IMG/VR virus record: IMGVR_UViG_3300008255_000062
Location: 1-38,322 of that record
Strand: one strand, 5' to 3'
DNA: 38,322 nt
Origin: a virus
Lineage: Duplodnaviria; Caudoviricetes
Positions 9,719 through 17,507 of this stretch are shown here, one piece after another. Under the pieces are notes generated by a model. That model was given only the letters and a program-made list of their open reading frames with translations. It was not told the DNA's origin and did no database searches. Position 1 is the stretch's first letter, and each line of letters opens with the position of its first letter. The position numbers were made by a program, and so were the translations under genes.

Positions 9719-9967
9719 TCAGAATGGAAGATCGTCTTGGACAAGATTTATTTTTTGTTGACTATCTCCGCCACCATTTGACATTGGGATAGATGCAGTT
9801 CCAGATAAGAACTTCTTACCTGACTTAGATTCCTTGATCCACAAGGCAACCCTTAAGTCTGTTCCGTCAAGAGCTGTCATCTTTCCTGTGTAGTCCGGCT
9901 GATTGTCCTTTGTCTTGTCTTCATTCTTGAATATTGTGATGTCGCCTGGTCGTGGTTCGTAAGCCAT
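9719..9967 (-). CDS. DUF736-like small ssDNA-binding protein
   Basis: IFKNEDK...QPDYTG...VALWIKESKSGKKFLSG with acidic DDLPF tail; GGAGG RBS. Confidence 0.75.
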   Translation of the reverse strand: MAYEPRPGDITIFKNEDKTKDNQPDYTGKMTALDGTDLRVALWIKESKSGKKFLSGTASIPMSNGGGDSQQKINLVQDDLPF

Positions 9968-10158
9968 TATTGGCCTCCTTCTGAATCGGACTCTGTTTCT
10001 TTCTTGTCCGTGGTTGTGACAACCTCAACCATTGATGATAGATCATCAATGATCTTTGATGCCGTGTTGTAAGTGATGTTGTTTGTGATAAAGTCAACAA
10101 GCCCAATCAGCCTATCCCCCTTAATCGCATAGAACTTATCTTTGTCTGCTCGTGCCAT
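9967..10158 (-). CDS. Hypothetical protein
   Basis: Start MARADKDKF after GAGG; TAATG coupling to the SSB-like gene. Confidence 0.55.
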   Translation of the reverse strand: MARADKDKFYAIKGDRLIGLVDFITNNITYNTASKIIDDLSSMVEVVTTTDKKETESDSEGGQ

Positions 10159-10234
10159 TTTATTCCTCAATTTGATAGTGTTGTTTGTCGATCCCAATCT
10201 TTCATGTCTTTTGATCTATCTGAAAACGAATTTC

Positions 10235-10738
10235 TCATACTTCAAATCCAAAGTGGTTAAGGATATACGTGTCGATTAGTTTTCCAAGTTTTGTGCAGTA
10301 GTAAATTTGTTCGTCTTCTGGTCGTGATCCATTAGACAGGTTAGTCCGGTAGGTGATGGCGTACCTGGTATCGTCTGACTTTGCAGCAGCTGTCTTTACC
10401 TCGATTGAAAAGATCTTGATAGGAACGCAATTCCTTTTGAATCTGCCCTTTACTCTCAGGAACTCGTATGGTCTTTTGATCTTTCCGTTTCTACGAAGGA
10501 AGACAAATCCCTCAATCCCCTCTGCTACAGATGCTCTTGAGTCCTCATGGTACTGGCGTAGCTTCAGGGCTGCAAGACCCTTAGCCATAATCTCCCCAGT
10601 CAAATGGCCCCTACTTCGCATCATGTCGAACGTGTACCAATCGGCATTGGACATTGTTACCCAAATTCGCTTGGATACGCCATCACCTATTAGATTGATC
10701 CCTTCTCTCATTATACCAAATGTAGTATTATTCTTCAT
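10235..10738 (-). CDS. Hypothetical basic protein
   Basis: Likely start MKNNTTFG at 10738 within ORF 10235..10852. Confidence 0.55.
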   Translation of the reverse strand: MKNNTTFGIMREGINLIGDGVSKRIWVTMSNADWYTFDMMRSRGHLTGEIMAKGLAALKLRQYHEDSRASVAEGIEGFVFLRRNGKIKRPYEFLRVKGRFKRNCVPIKIFSIEVKTAAAKSDDTRYAITYRTNLSNGSRPEDEQIYYCTKLGKLIDTYILNHFGFEV

Positions 10739-10895
10739 CGTCCGCAATAAGTTTCTCGTAGAAATCAGAGTCATCAACAAGCATATTGCAGTGCTCCACT
10801 CCAAGCATTGTACACTCTGGACAATCCAGTCCAGATTCAGACGCTGGCGCACGATATGTCGTTTTGCACTTGCTACATCTCCAAAGCAGGTTCAT
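10728..10895 (-). CDS. Small zinc-ribbon protein (55 aa, not in ORF track)
   Basis: MNLLWRCSKCKTTYRAPASESGLDCPECTMLG...DDEE*; ATGA overlap with the upstream gene. Confidence 0.65.
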   Translation of the reverse strand: MNLLWRCSKCKTTYRAPASESGLDCPECTMLGVEHCNMLVDDSDFYEKLIADDEE

Positions 10896-11185
10896 AGGTC
10901 AGACTCCCTCACCCACTCAGCGTGGGTTTTGATGTGACGATTTGGTTTCATGTGTTCATTGTCTCCTGTCAATATCAGATCTCTAAACATCTTCTGGATT
11001 GCAGGCTCTTTGCTTATCTTTGGGTTTCCGTTTAGCAACACCCCGCCAAGAGCCACACGCTCCCCCCATTTGTTGCGATGGGTCTCAGCTGATAGCGTGC
11101 ACATCTTTCTTGGCAACCACTTGTCCTGCGGAGTCCAATCATAAGGATCAATGCAGTGAGCGTGTTGTTGCTTGTGCCAATCCAT
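10892..11185 (-). CDS. Hypothetical protein
   Basis: 97 aa, AGGA RBS, follows DnaB in the operon. Confidence 0.55.
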   Translation of the reverse strand: MDWHKQQHAHCIDPYDWTPQDKWLPRKMCTLSAETHRNKWGERVALGGVLLNGNPKISKEPAIQKMFRDLILTGDNEHMKPNRHIKTHAEWVRESDL

Positions 11186-11199
11186 TCTATCCTGCTTAC

Positions 11200-12456
11200 C
11201 TACTCAACGTCAAACCCGTCCTCGTTTACATAGTCTAGGTCGTTGATTGTGAAGTTCTTAGCATCGGTCTGTAGGATGAATGCTGGATTTATCAAAGTTG
11301 GGTCGTGTGGGCTGCGGTGTTTGTCGATCTTGCCAGCTACCACATCACCTTCCTTCCACATACAAATGCACAAGTCGCTTGCGTTGCTGATAGAGTTTCC
11401 ACCAAGCGCATCAAAGCGATTGAGAGGACGTTGGACGGCCTTACCGCCTGGATCATATTGAGTCCTTGAGGCAGACTTATCAACTTGGGTCAGGAGGATC
11501 GTTACCACTCCAACTCGCTTAGAGAGTTCCTTCAGCCCATTGGCAATCCTGTCTACTCGCTGAACTCCGCTAAGTCCTGGGGTTGCTATGAAATCAAGAT
11601 AGTCGATGCCTATCAATCTGAGAGACGGATTGTCCTTCTTCTTTACTTTAATGCAGGTCTCTATTTGGTCTAAATTCATAGGCTTATAGACTCTGTGAAG
11701 TCTAGAAAGATGTGAGCCGGAGATCCGTCTTTTTGTTTCCTGCCACCTATCTGGAGCGTTGTAGATTTCGTAACCAAGAGCCTTGAGAGATCCCTGCTTT
11801 GCATAGCTCAGAACTTCTCTTCTGCCCTCGTCATCTGCCGACATCTCGAACGAGAAGAACATTGCCTGTAGATCTTCGTTGATGGACAAGGCGTTTGAGA
11901 TCATGTTCTGCAACAGGGTTGTCTTAAATGTTCCGTTGGTAGCAATGATTGTGATAAGCTGTCCCAGAGAGCATCCTCCAGTGATCCTGTCTATTATGTC
12001 GTAGCCGAATCTGATGCCTCCGGTAGTTGCCCGAAGCATCGCCTCTTCCTCAACCGCTTGCAACATTTCGTCAACGCTCATAACGTCAGTATTTGACGCT
12101 ACTAGGACTTCAACGCTCTGGTCCATTGCCATCACTATAGCCTTTTCTGCGTCCCGAATCATCTCCCTTCGTTTTGACAGGCTACGGAGCCGTTTAAGAG
12201 CCTCTAAGAACTGGGTAATGTAGAGGTCTACACCTTCCTCGATAAATCGTCTAGCGTAGCCTGAGACCTCATAGCGGACTGCTACGTCATCGAACTGGGG
12301 AAGCTCTCCCATCCTTGTTGCCTTCAGTGCATTTATGCTGTCCCTGTGGAAGAAAAGATCATCAGAAAGTTCAGATAGGCTAGACTCCATCGTTAGGCAA
12401 TATCCGATGGCTCGTAGCTCTGTCTCTTTGTCGGATGGAAGCTCGTATTGGATCAT
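11200..12456 (-). CDS. dnaB: DnaB-like replicative helicase
   Basis: Start MIQYELP overlaps the initiator stop (ATGA); ATNGTFKTT (Walker A), FFSFEMS, IGIDYLD, LKELSKR...LLTQ, NASD, DKHR. Confidence 0.9.
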   Translation of the reverse strand: MIQYELPSDKETELRAIGYCLTMESSLSELSDDLFFHRDSINALKATRMGELPQFDDVAVRYEVSGYARRFIEEGVDLYITQFLEALKRLRSLSKRREMIRDAEKAIVMAMDQSVEVLVASNTDVMSVDEMLQAVEEEAMLRATTGGIRFGYDIIDRITGGCSLGQLITIIATNGTFKTTLLQNMISNALSINEDLQAMFFSFEMSADDEGRREVLSYAKQGSLKALGYEIYNAPDRWQETKRRISGSHLSRLHRVYKPMNLDQIETCIKVKKKDNPSLRLIGIDYLDFIATPGLSGVQRVDRIANGLKELSKRVGVVTILLTQVDKSASRTQYDPGGKAVQRPLNRFDALGGNSISNASDLCICMWKEGDVVAGKIDKHRSPHDPTLINPAFILQTDAKNFTINDLDYVNEDGFDVE

Positions 12457-13067
12457 TGTGATGCCTTGTTGCTTTCTGCCTTGCTTCTGATTGCTTTCTG
12501 GAGAGGAGTAAGCGATTCTGCATTCTTCTGTACATTGGAATGTCTGTCCCAAGTTAGGAGCTTCTGCTTCCAGCTTCTAACCTTGTTCCCGTTCGAGTCA
12601 ACCCAGTTCCCAACTTCAAAGTATGAATGAAACTTCATAGGGTCCACGGAGTAACCCTTCTCAGCTACGTATGCCCTGACCTCTTCAAAAGTAGGGTGTG
12701 TAGTCTCTTCACTCTTTCTGCTTCTGTACTGCTTCTGCTTCTGCTTCTGGCTAGAGTTTGCTAGAGCACTGCTAGCTTTTGCTATAGCACTGCTAGGATT
12801 TGCTATAGCACTGCTAGCTTTTGCTATAGCACTGCTAGCTTTTGCTATACCTCCACTAGATCCGGCAGCTTGCTTTTTCGCTCGGAAATCGTGCGCCTCT
12901 TCGATCAGAGATCGAGCGTATGGCATCGAAGACGAATCAGGATCTGCTCGGATAAGCTCAACAGCTAGCCTCATCACCCACTCGCCGCGAGCAGAATCAT
13001 TTGGTAGCTGCACCAACTCAGACAGCAAATCGGCTGGCTGGATGCGGTAAAAGAACGGTTTTTTCAT
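12453..13067 (-). CDS. Lambda-O-like replication initiator
   Basis: Start MKKPFFY; AGSSGG linker, translated iteron block, C-terminal PTFEEVRAY...FHSYFEVGNW...VRSWKQKLLTW; directly upstream of DnaB. Confidence 0.8.
   Translation of the reverse strand: MKKPFFYRIQPADLLSELVQLPNDSARGEWVMRLAVELIRADPDSSSMPYARSLIEEAHDFRAKKQAAGSSGGIAKASSAIAKASSAIANPSSAIAKASSALANSSQKQKQKQYRSRKSEETTHPTFEEVRAYVAEKGYSVDPMKFHSYFEVGNWVDSNGNKVRSWKQKLLTWDRHSNVQKNAESLTPLQKAIRSKAESNKASQ
12757..12860. repeat. Iterons / probable replication origin
   Basis: Four 21-bp units with consensus TTTGCTATAGCACTGCTAGCT plus one degenerate unit, inside the initiator gene; adjacent CTTCTG repeats. Confidence 0.8.
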
Positions 13068-13107
13068 GGATGGTAGGCCTAAAAAAGATTGCGGAATTGC
13101 GCTGTCA

Positions 13108-13215
13108 TCATAGCAGGCCAGCCATTCCAACAAAACCCGTCACCACCAAAAGAATGATAACGCACCATTCCCATGCAACGTGGGCCTTTTCTGATTTTGT
13201 GAGTGGTCTAGTCAT
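13108..13215 (-). CDS. Small membrane peptide (35 aa, not in ORF track)
   Basis: MTRPLTKSEKAHVAWEWCVIILLVVTGFVGMAGLL*; AAGG RBS; one hydrophobic helix. Confidence 0.5.
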   Translation of the reverse strand: MTRPLTKSEKAHVAWEWCVIILLVVTGFVGMAGLL

Positions 13216-13233
13216 GATTTCGCCTTGTTTTGT

Positions 13234-13260
13234 GGTGTACATATATCCTAGTTAGCGGTA
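13234..13260 (+). other. attI-like recombination site B
   Basis: GGTGTACATATATCCTA|GTTAGCGGTA at the boundary of an AT-rich insert. Confidence 0.65.
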
Positions 13261-13261
13261 A

Positions 13262-13489
13262 TTAACCCCACCGAAACGGATTGATTGCTTTTTCAAATGA
13301 GCCAACAAAGCCGTACATAAGTAATATAACGGGAATAGTTACTACTACAAGAATGTAACTTAGTGGATTAAATGGATTAAGTCGATATGCTTTGGAATAT
13401 CCTTTCCCTAATCTTTTTAATCCACCTTTATGTCGTTGCTCATTTGAAACGACTTGCACTATTTTAAATTTGCTAAATAATTCTTTCAT
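13262..13489 (-). CDS. Cassette-borne small membrane protein
   Basis: 75 aa, AT-rich, no Shine-Dalgarno; RLNPFNPLSY followed by one transmembrane helix, ends NPFRWG. Confidence 0.7.
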   Translation of the reverse strand: MKELFSKFKIVQVVSNEQRHKGGLKRLGKGYSKAYRLNPFNPLSYILVVVTIPVILLMYGFVGSFEKAINPFRWG

Positions 13490-13517
13490 AACAATTTGAT
13501 TTTAAGGTAATAACTAC

Positions 13518-13612
13518 CGCTAACCGCACCTATAAGCAAGTTTGCGGACAGGTTTTCTGCAACTTGAAACGTGGTGCAACGCAACCCTGCTCATAGCTGC
13601 AAAACGTTAGTG
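13518..13612 (+). other. attC-like site B (95 bp)
   Basis: CGCTAAC-C-GCACCTATAAGCAAGTTTGCG...CGCAACCCTGCTCATAGCTGC-AAAAC-GTTAGTG; 21-nt arms with 17/21 complementarity. Confidence 0.8.
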
Positions 13613-13625
13613 ATAATTTGGTGCG

Positions 13626-13769
13626 TCATGCTTTGACTCTGCCTTTGAGGTACTTCCTTTCGTCCTCTTCAATCATCTCTGCAATCGCTTCCACAGGCCG
13701 TGTCTGTGGTGCGAGTTTTGCCCCCTCTCGCATTATCTTGCGGATGGATGCTGTGTCCAACTTCTTCAC
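13626..13769 (-). CDS. Hypothetical protein (47 aa, not in ORF track)
   Basis: GTG start, MKKLDTASIRKIMREG...KGRVKA*; fills the gap in the operon. Confidence 0.45.
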   Translation of the reverse strand: MKKLDTASIRKIMREGAKLAPQTRPVEAIAEMIEEDERKYLKGRVKA

Positions 13770-13772
13770 TTC

Positions 13773-14051
13773 TCACACATACATCACCAAACTGCCGTCA
13801 TCAAAGTCAACACCGCATCTATGTAGGTCGATTAGCTCTTCTTCCGTGGCATCGAGCATTTCGCAGTCAACATCGAGGAAAATTTTGTCCTGCTCGGCCA
13901 TGCAAATCATTTTCCAGCTATCGTTTGGGTACAGCTTATCCAGCATCAGGAAAGCACACAGGTCTGGCCTTGGGTGCATCTTTTCCTCCACTCGGTCAAA
14001 TTTATTGAATTCATTTGACCATTCATTAAATACTTTTTCTATGTGTTTCAT
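13773..14051 (-). CDS. Hypothetical acidic protein
   Basis: 92 aa, GGAG RBS, HPRPDLCAF...LHRCGV; shares the MKHI start with the repeat genes. Confidence 0.7.
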   Translation of the reverse strand: MKHIEKVFNEWSNEFNKFDRVEEKMHPRPDLCAFLMLDKLYPNDSWKMICMAEQDKIFLDVDCEMLDATEEELIDLHRCGVDFDDGSLVMYV

Positions 14052-14054
14052 TTT

Positions 14055-15062
14055 TCATTCTCCTTTTTCCCTGTGGTCCCATGAGTCAGGGTGCAGTGGA
14101 TCTCCTGCATAGGTGCGTGATGTCTGGTTTCCCTTCTCGTCAAAGGTGGATACCATTGACCACTGGTGCAGTGGATCTCCTGCATAGGTGCGTGATGTCC
14201 TGAAACCCTGACCATCGTAGGTGGCTACCATTGACGCATTGTGCTGTGGATCTCCTGCCCATGTGAGTGATGTCCTGCAACCCTGACCATCGTAGGTGGC
14301 TACCCATGACCACTGGTGCAGTGGATCGCCTGCCACTATTTGTGATGTCTGGGTTCCCTTCTCGTCAAAGGTGGCTACCCATGACGCATTGTGCAGAGGA
14401 TCTCCTGCATAGGTGCGTGATGTCCTGCAACCCTGATCATCGTAGGTGACTACCCATGACCACTGGTGCAGTGGATCGCCTGCATAGGTGCGTGATGTCC
14501 TGCAACCCTGATCATCGTAGGTGTCTACCCATGACGCATTGTGCAGAGGATCGCCTGCATAGGTGCGTGATGTCCTGCAACCCTGATCATCGTAGGTGGC
14601 TACCCATGACGCATTGTGCAGTGGATCTCCTGCATAGGTGCGTGATGTCCTGCAACCCTGACCATCGTAGGTGGCTACCCACGACCACTGGTGCAGTGGA
14701 TCGCCTGCCACTATTTGTGATGTCTGGTTTCCCTTCTCGTCAAAGGTGGATACCCATGACGCATTGTGCTGTGGATCTCCTGCCCATGTGTAGGATGTCG
14801 GGAATCCCTGATCATCGTAGGTGTCTACCCATGACGCATTGTGCAGAGGATCTCCTGCCCATGTGAGTGATGTCCTGCGACCCTGACCATCGTAGGTGTC
14901 TACCCATGACGCATTGTGCTGTGGATCTCCTGCATAGGTGCGTGATGTCTGGTTTCCCTTCTCGTCAAAGGTGTCTACCCATGACGCATTGTGCAGAGGA
15001 TCGCCCTCGTGTGCATGGCTGATATGTCTTCCTTGTTCGTCATGTTTGTCAATGTGCTTCAT
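14055..15062 (-). CDS. YD-like 25-aa tandem repeat protein 1 (12 repeats plus N-cap)
   Basis: 75-bp units encoding T(Y/F)DxxGxxTSxxxAGDPxHxxSWVx; GGAG RBS. Confidence 0.85.
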   Translation of the reverse strand: MKHIDKHDEQGRHISHAHEGDPLHNASWVDTFDEKGNQTSRTYAGDPQHNASWVDTYDGQGRRTSLTWAGDPLHNASWVDTYDDQGFPTSYTWAGDPQHNASWVSTFDEKGNQTSQIVAGDPLHQWSWVATYDGQGCRTSRTYAGDPLHNASWVATYDDQGCRTSRTYAGDPLHNASWVDTYDDQGCRTSRTYAGDPLHQWSWVVTYDDQGCRTSRTYAGDPLHNASWVATFDEKGTQTSQIVAGDPLHQWSWVATYDGQGCRTSLTWAGDPQHNASMVATYDGQGFRTSRTYAGDPLHQWSMVSTFDEKGNQTSRTYAGDPLHPDSWDHREKGE

Positions 15063-15105
15063 TTTTCATTCTCCCTTTTTTTGGTTGTTCTTCATAACTG
15101 GTGTG

Positions 15106-15444
15106 TTAGCCTCTAAACTCCAACTCCCCAACCAGCGGAGCCATTGGAATACAAGTGTTGTCATTTTCCAATGACCAGCGCCCTTTTTCTGCATCCCAAA
15201 CAATACTGTATGTCTCGCTGTTCCACCTCACAGTATCGTGCTCCCAAAACTCGTTGCCTTCACCGTCATAGAATCCGGTGAACATCTCAATATCCAACAG
15301 TATCGCCTTTTCAGTCACTGCATCGTACCCGGCAAAACCCATCAAGCACCCGTCTTTGACGTTGTGGTACAATTCTGCAATCGCGTTGTGATAAAACAGG
15401 TCCTCCCCATTCTCACGACTTCTGCCCCTCAGTTTAATTTCCAT
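15106..15444 (-). CDS. YopX-family protein
   Basis: MEIKLRG start and MFTGFYDGEGNEFWEHDTV, a variant of the YopX QYTGLKDKNGKEIYEGDI motif. Confidence 0.7.
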   Translation of the reverse strand: MEIKLRGRSRENGEDLFYHNAIAELYHNVKDGCLMGFAGYDAVTEKAILLDIEMFTGFYDGEGNEFWEHDTVRWNSETYSIVWDAEKGRWSLENDNTCIPMAPLVGELEFRG

Positions 15445-15649
15445 TGTCTTCACCTCGCCAGTATGCATCATCAAGTTTATTAAATAGCCGCGCCAGTTCA
15501 GGTTTTTCGCTGTCTCCGATCATTTTGCGAACTTCTTTTCTGCAACACGCCACCGCCTGGTTCCATGCGGCAGTCATGTAAATTTTATTCTCCTTACTTA
15601 TTTCTTCTGGGTACGCAAATTCTGTTTTAAGAAATTCATCAAATTTCAT
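15434..15649 (-). CDS. Hypothetical protein
   Basis: Start MKFDEFLK, ATGA-coupled; contains AAWN. Confidence 0.55.
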   Translation of the reverse strand: MKFDEFLKTEFAYPEEISKENKIYMTAAWNQAVACCRKEVRKMIGDSEKPELARLFNKLDDAYWRGEDNGN

Positions 15650-15930
15650 CTTCCCCCCCCTAAATAGTTGCTTGTTACTATCTCCTCTAACTTTTCTAAA
15701 GCACGCAAAGCCGGAATCCAATCAACGCTATCTGGTTTTTCTTTAAGCTGATTCCAATCCCAGGCCAAAACATTCAACACGGTTTCTTTGTCAATAAGCA
15801 CCATATCTTCGCGCATAATCCTTTCCTCCCACCATTCGTTGTTTGACGCTTCTTCTTCGCTAATTGGTGGTGGAACTGGCTCATTGTCGCTGTGGCAATC
15901 ATGAGTTGTTTTTCCAAAGCATCCGGTCAT
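15646..15930 (-). CDS. Hypothetical protein
   Basis: GAGGA RBS; tightly packed in the early operon. Confidence 0.5.
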   Translation of the reverse strand: MTGCFGKTTHDCHSDNEPVPPPISEEEASNNEWWEERIMREDMVLIDKETVLNVLAWDWNQLKEKPDSVDWIPALRALEKLEEIVTSNYLGGGR

Positions 15931-15931
15931 T

Positions 15932-16234
15932 TTATCCTCTCAGAGTGGTTAGGATGGACGATTTCAACTCTTTGGCCATGTTCTTAATACATGACTCGGA
16001 AAATACGACCTCTTCTGCCCATGCGACAAATTCTGTTTTATCGGCTTGATAGCGGATCTCTAATCCGGTAGACGATTCATTGATAGGCTGCAAAAGCTTG
16101 AAATCATCTTCATAAACACGACTCAAGAATGCTATCGTGCTCTCAAGTGCCTTTTTTTCACTTTCGTGGATTGATGTAGCGACATCGAATATTCTTGTTT
16201 TTGCTTCCATCTTATGGCATTGGTAGAATTTCAT
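15932..16234 (-). CDS. Hypothetical protein
   Basis: 100 aa; GAGGATAAA before the ATG. Confidence 0.6.
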   Translation of the reverse strand: MKFYQCHKMEAKTRIFDVATSIHESEKKALESTIAFLSRVYEDDFKLLQPINESSTGLEIRYQADKTEFVAWAEEVVFSESCIKNMAKELKSSILTTLRG

Positions 16235-16332
16235 TTTATCCTCTTTGTTGTGTGGTGTAAGATTGTGGGGTAGGCCTGCCCACCACAGACATCCTACCCC
16301 TGCACTGTGGTCCGAGGGACTCTGCCCAGTGC

Positions 16333-16590
16333 CTAAAGCTCCTCTTCTAGCAGGTTTTGGAAGCCAGTCATGTCTCCATATTGCCCTTTTTCGGCTTCAT
16401 TCAGGTAGTACATGAAATCGCTATAGGCTCCAGACACGAAAGAATATCTTATGCTGGCTCTGACAATTTTTGCCAGTTCTACCAGATAATGGGCCTGTTT
16501 GTCCATTCCCATTTGCATAAAATAGCGTGACTGCTTGAGAATTTCCCTGGTTGCAACCGCAGATATTCTTGTTTTAAGTGGTTTTTTCAT
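16333..16590 (-). CDS. Hypothetical protein
   Basis: 85 aa; GAGGG RBS. Confidence 0.6.
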   Translation of the reverse strand: MKKPLKTRISAVATREILKQSRYFMQMGMDKQAHYLVELAKIVRASIRYSFVSGAYSDFMYYLNEAEKGQYGDMTGFQNLLEEEL

Positions 16591-16617
16591 GCTGTCCCTC
16601 TTTTTCGTGGTGTATTG

Positions 16618-16782
16618 TTAAATATAGCTACCAAATATGGTATTTAAAAGTCTTTTCATCACATTGGGTCTTTTTGTTGATCTTTTGTAGTCCGCTCTAA
16701 TATATATGCTGCTTTCGTCCAGAACATACCGGCCTTTTTTCAGCACATACCAGTGAGTACCCCATTTTTCACGTGTTTTCAT
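16618..16782 (-). CDS. Hypothetical basic protein
   Basis: Likely start MKTREKW after GAGG. Confidence 0.4.
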   Translation of the reverse strand: MKTREKWGTHWYVLKKGRYVLDESSIYIRADYKRSTKRPNVMKRLLNTIFGSYI

Positions 16783-16845
16783 GCCTCTATCCAATCCGTT
16801 TCTCGCTGGCCGCCAAATGCATTGCATAGCTCTCTGACAGTTTTC

Positions 16846-16986
16846 TCAGGCATTTATTTCTACCCTGTAGCAAGCCTCACACCACTGGTGATGGCGAGAT
16901 ATTTCTGCTCCGCATTTGCACCTTTTGGACTCTGCGCTTATGCAGTAGATTTTGTGCTTGATTTTTGGCGTTGGTTCTTGTGGCAT
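16846..16986 (-). CDS. Small Cys-rich (zinc-finger-like) protein
   Basis: MPQEPTPK...CKCGAEI...WCEACY; GGAG RBS at the end of repeat gene 2. Confidence 0.55.
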   Translation of the reverse strand: MPQEPTPKIKHKIYCISAESKRCKCGAEISRHHQWCEACYRVEINA

Positions 16987-16987
16987 C

Positions 16988-17470
16988 TTATTCTCCTTTT
17001 TCCCTGTGGTCCCATGAGTCAGGGTGCTGTGGATCACCTGCCCATGTGTAGGATGTCGGGAATCCCTGATCATCGTAGGTGGCTACCCATGACCACTGGT
17101 GCAGTGGATCGCCTGCCCATGTGAGTGATGTCCTGCAAAACTGATCATCGTAGGTGGCTACCCATGACCACTGGTGCAGTGGATCGCCTGCCCATGTGAG
17201 TGATGTCCTGCAACACTGATCATCATAGATGGCTACCCATGACCACTGGTGCAGTGGATCTCCTGCATAGGTGCGTGATGTCTGGTTTCCCTTCTCGTCA
17301 AAGGTGTCTACCCATGACGCATTGTGCAATGGATCTCCTGCCCATGTGAGTGATGTCTGGTTTCCCTTCTCGTCAAAGGTGGCTACCCATGAGTCAGTGT
17401 GATGTTGGTCACCATTATGTGCATGGCTGATATGCCTTCCTTGTTCGTCATGTTTGTCAATGTGTTTCAT
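16988..17470 (-). CDS. YD-like 25-aa tandem repeat protein 2 (5 repeats plus N-cap)
   Basis: Same N-cap (MKHIDKHDEQGRHISHAH), C-cap (HPDSWDHREKGE) and repeat unit as 14055..15062. Confidence 0.85.
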   Translation of the reverse strand: MKHIDKHDEQGRHISHAHNGDQHHTDSWVATFDEKGNQTSLTWAGDPLHNASWVDTFDEKGNQTSRTYAGDPLHQWSWVAIYDDQCCRTSLTWAGDPLHQWSWVATYDDQFCRTSLTWAGDPLHQWSWVATYDDQGFPTSYTWAGDPQHPDSWDHREKGE

Positions 17471-17507
17471 TTTTCATTCTCATTTCGGATTTGGGTAACT
17501 TGTCCAA

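Larger units (their letters stand above)
13251..13612 (+). mobile_element. Integron-like gene cassette B
   Basis: Starts GTTAGCGGTA (13251-13260); its exact complement TACCGCTAAC (13515-13524) opens an attC-like hairpin ending GTTAGTG (13606-13612). Confidence 0.75.

Noticed and set aside
14267-14866. + strand repeat ORFs (MMSCNPDHRR...)
   Set aside because: Antisense reading of the 75-bp repeats, interrupted by stops.
14070-15010. CRISPR array
   Set aside because: Units are 75-bp in-frame coding repeats with recurring alleles, not constant repeats with unique spacers; no cas genes.
15093-15111. CATAAC...GTTAGCC as a further att site at the YopX stop
   Set aside because: Only 6 nt between the cores, no arms, no ATATA box and no partner site; probably chance.
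14055-17470. Diversity-generating retroelement (TR/VR pair)
   Set aside because: No reverse transcriptase, and differences are block swaps rather than adenine-specific substitutions.
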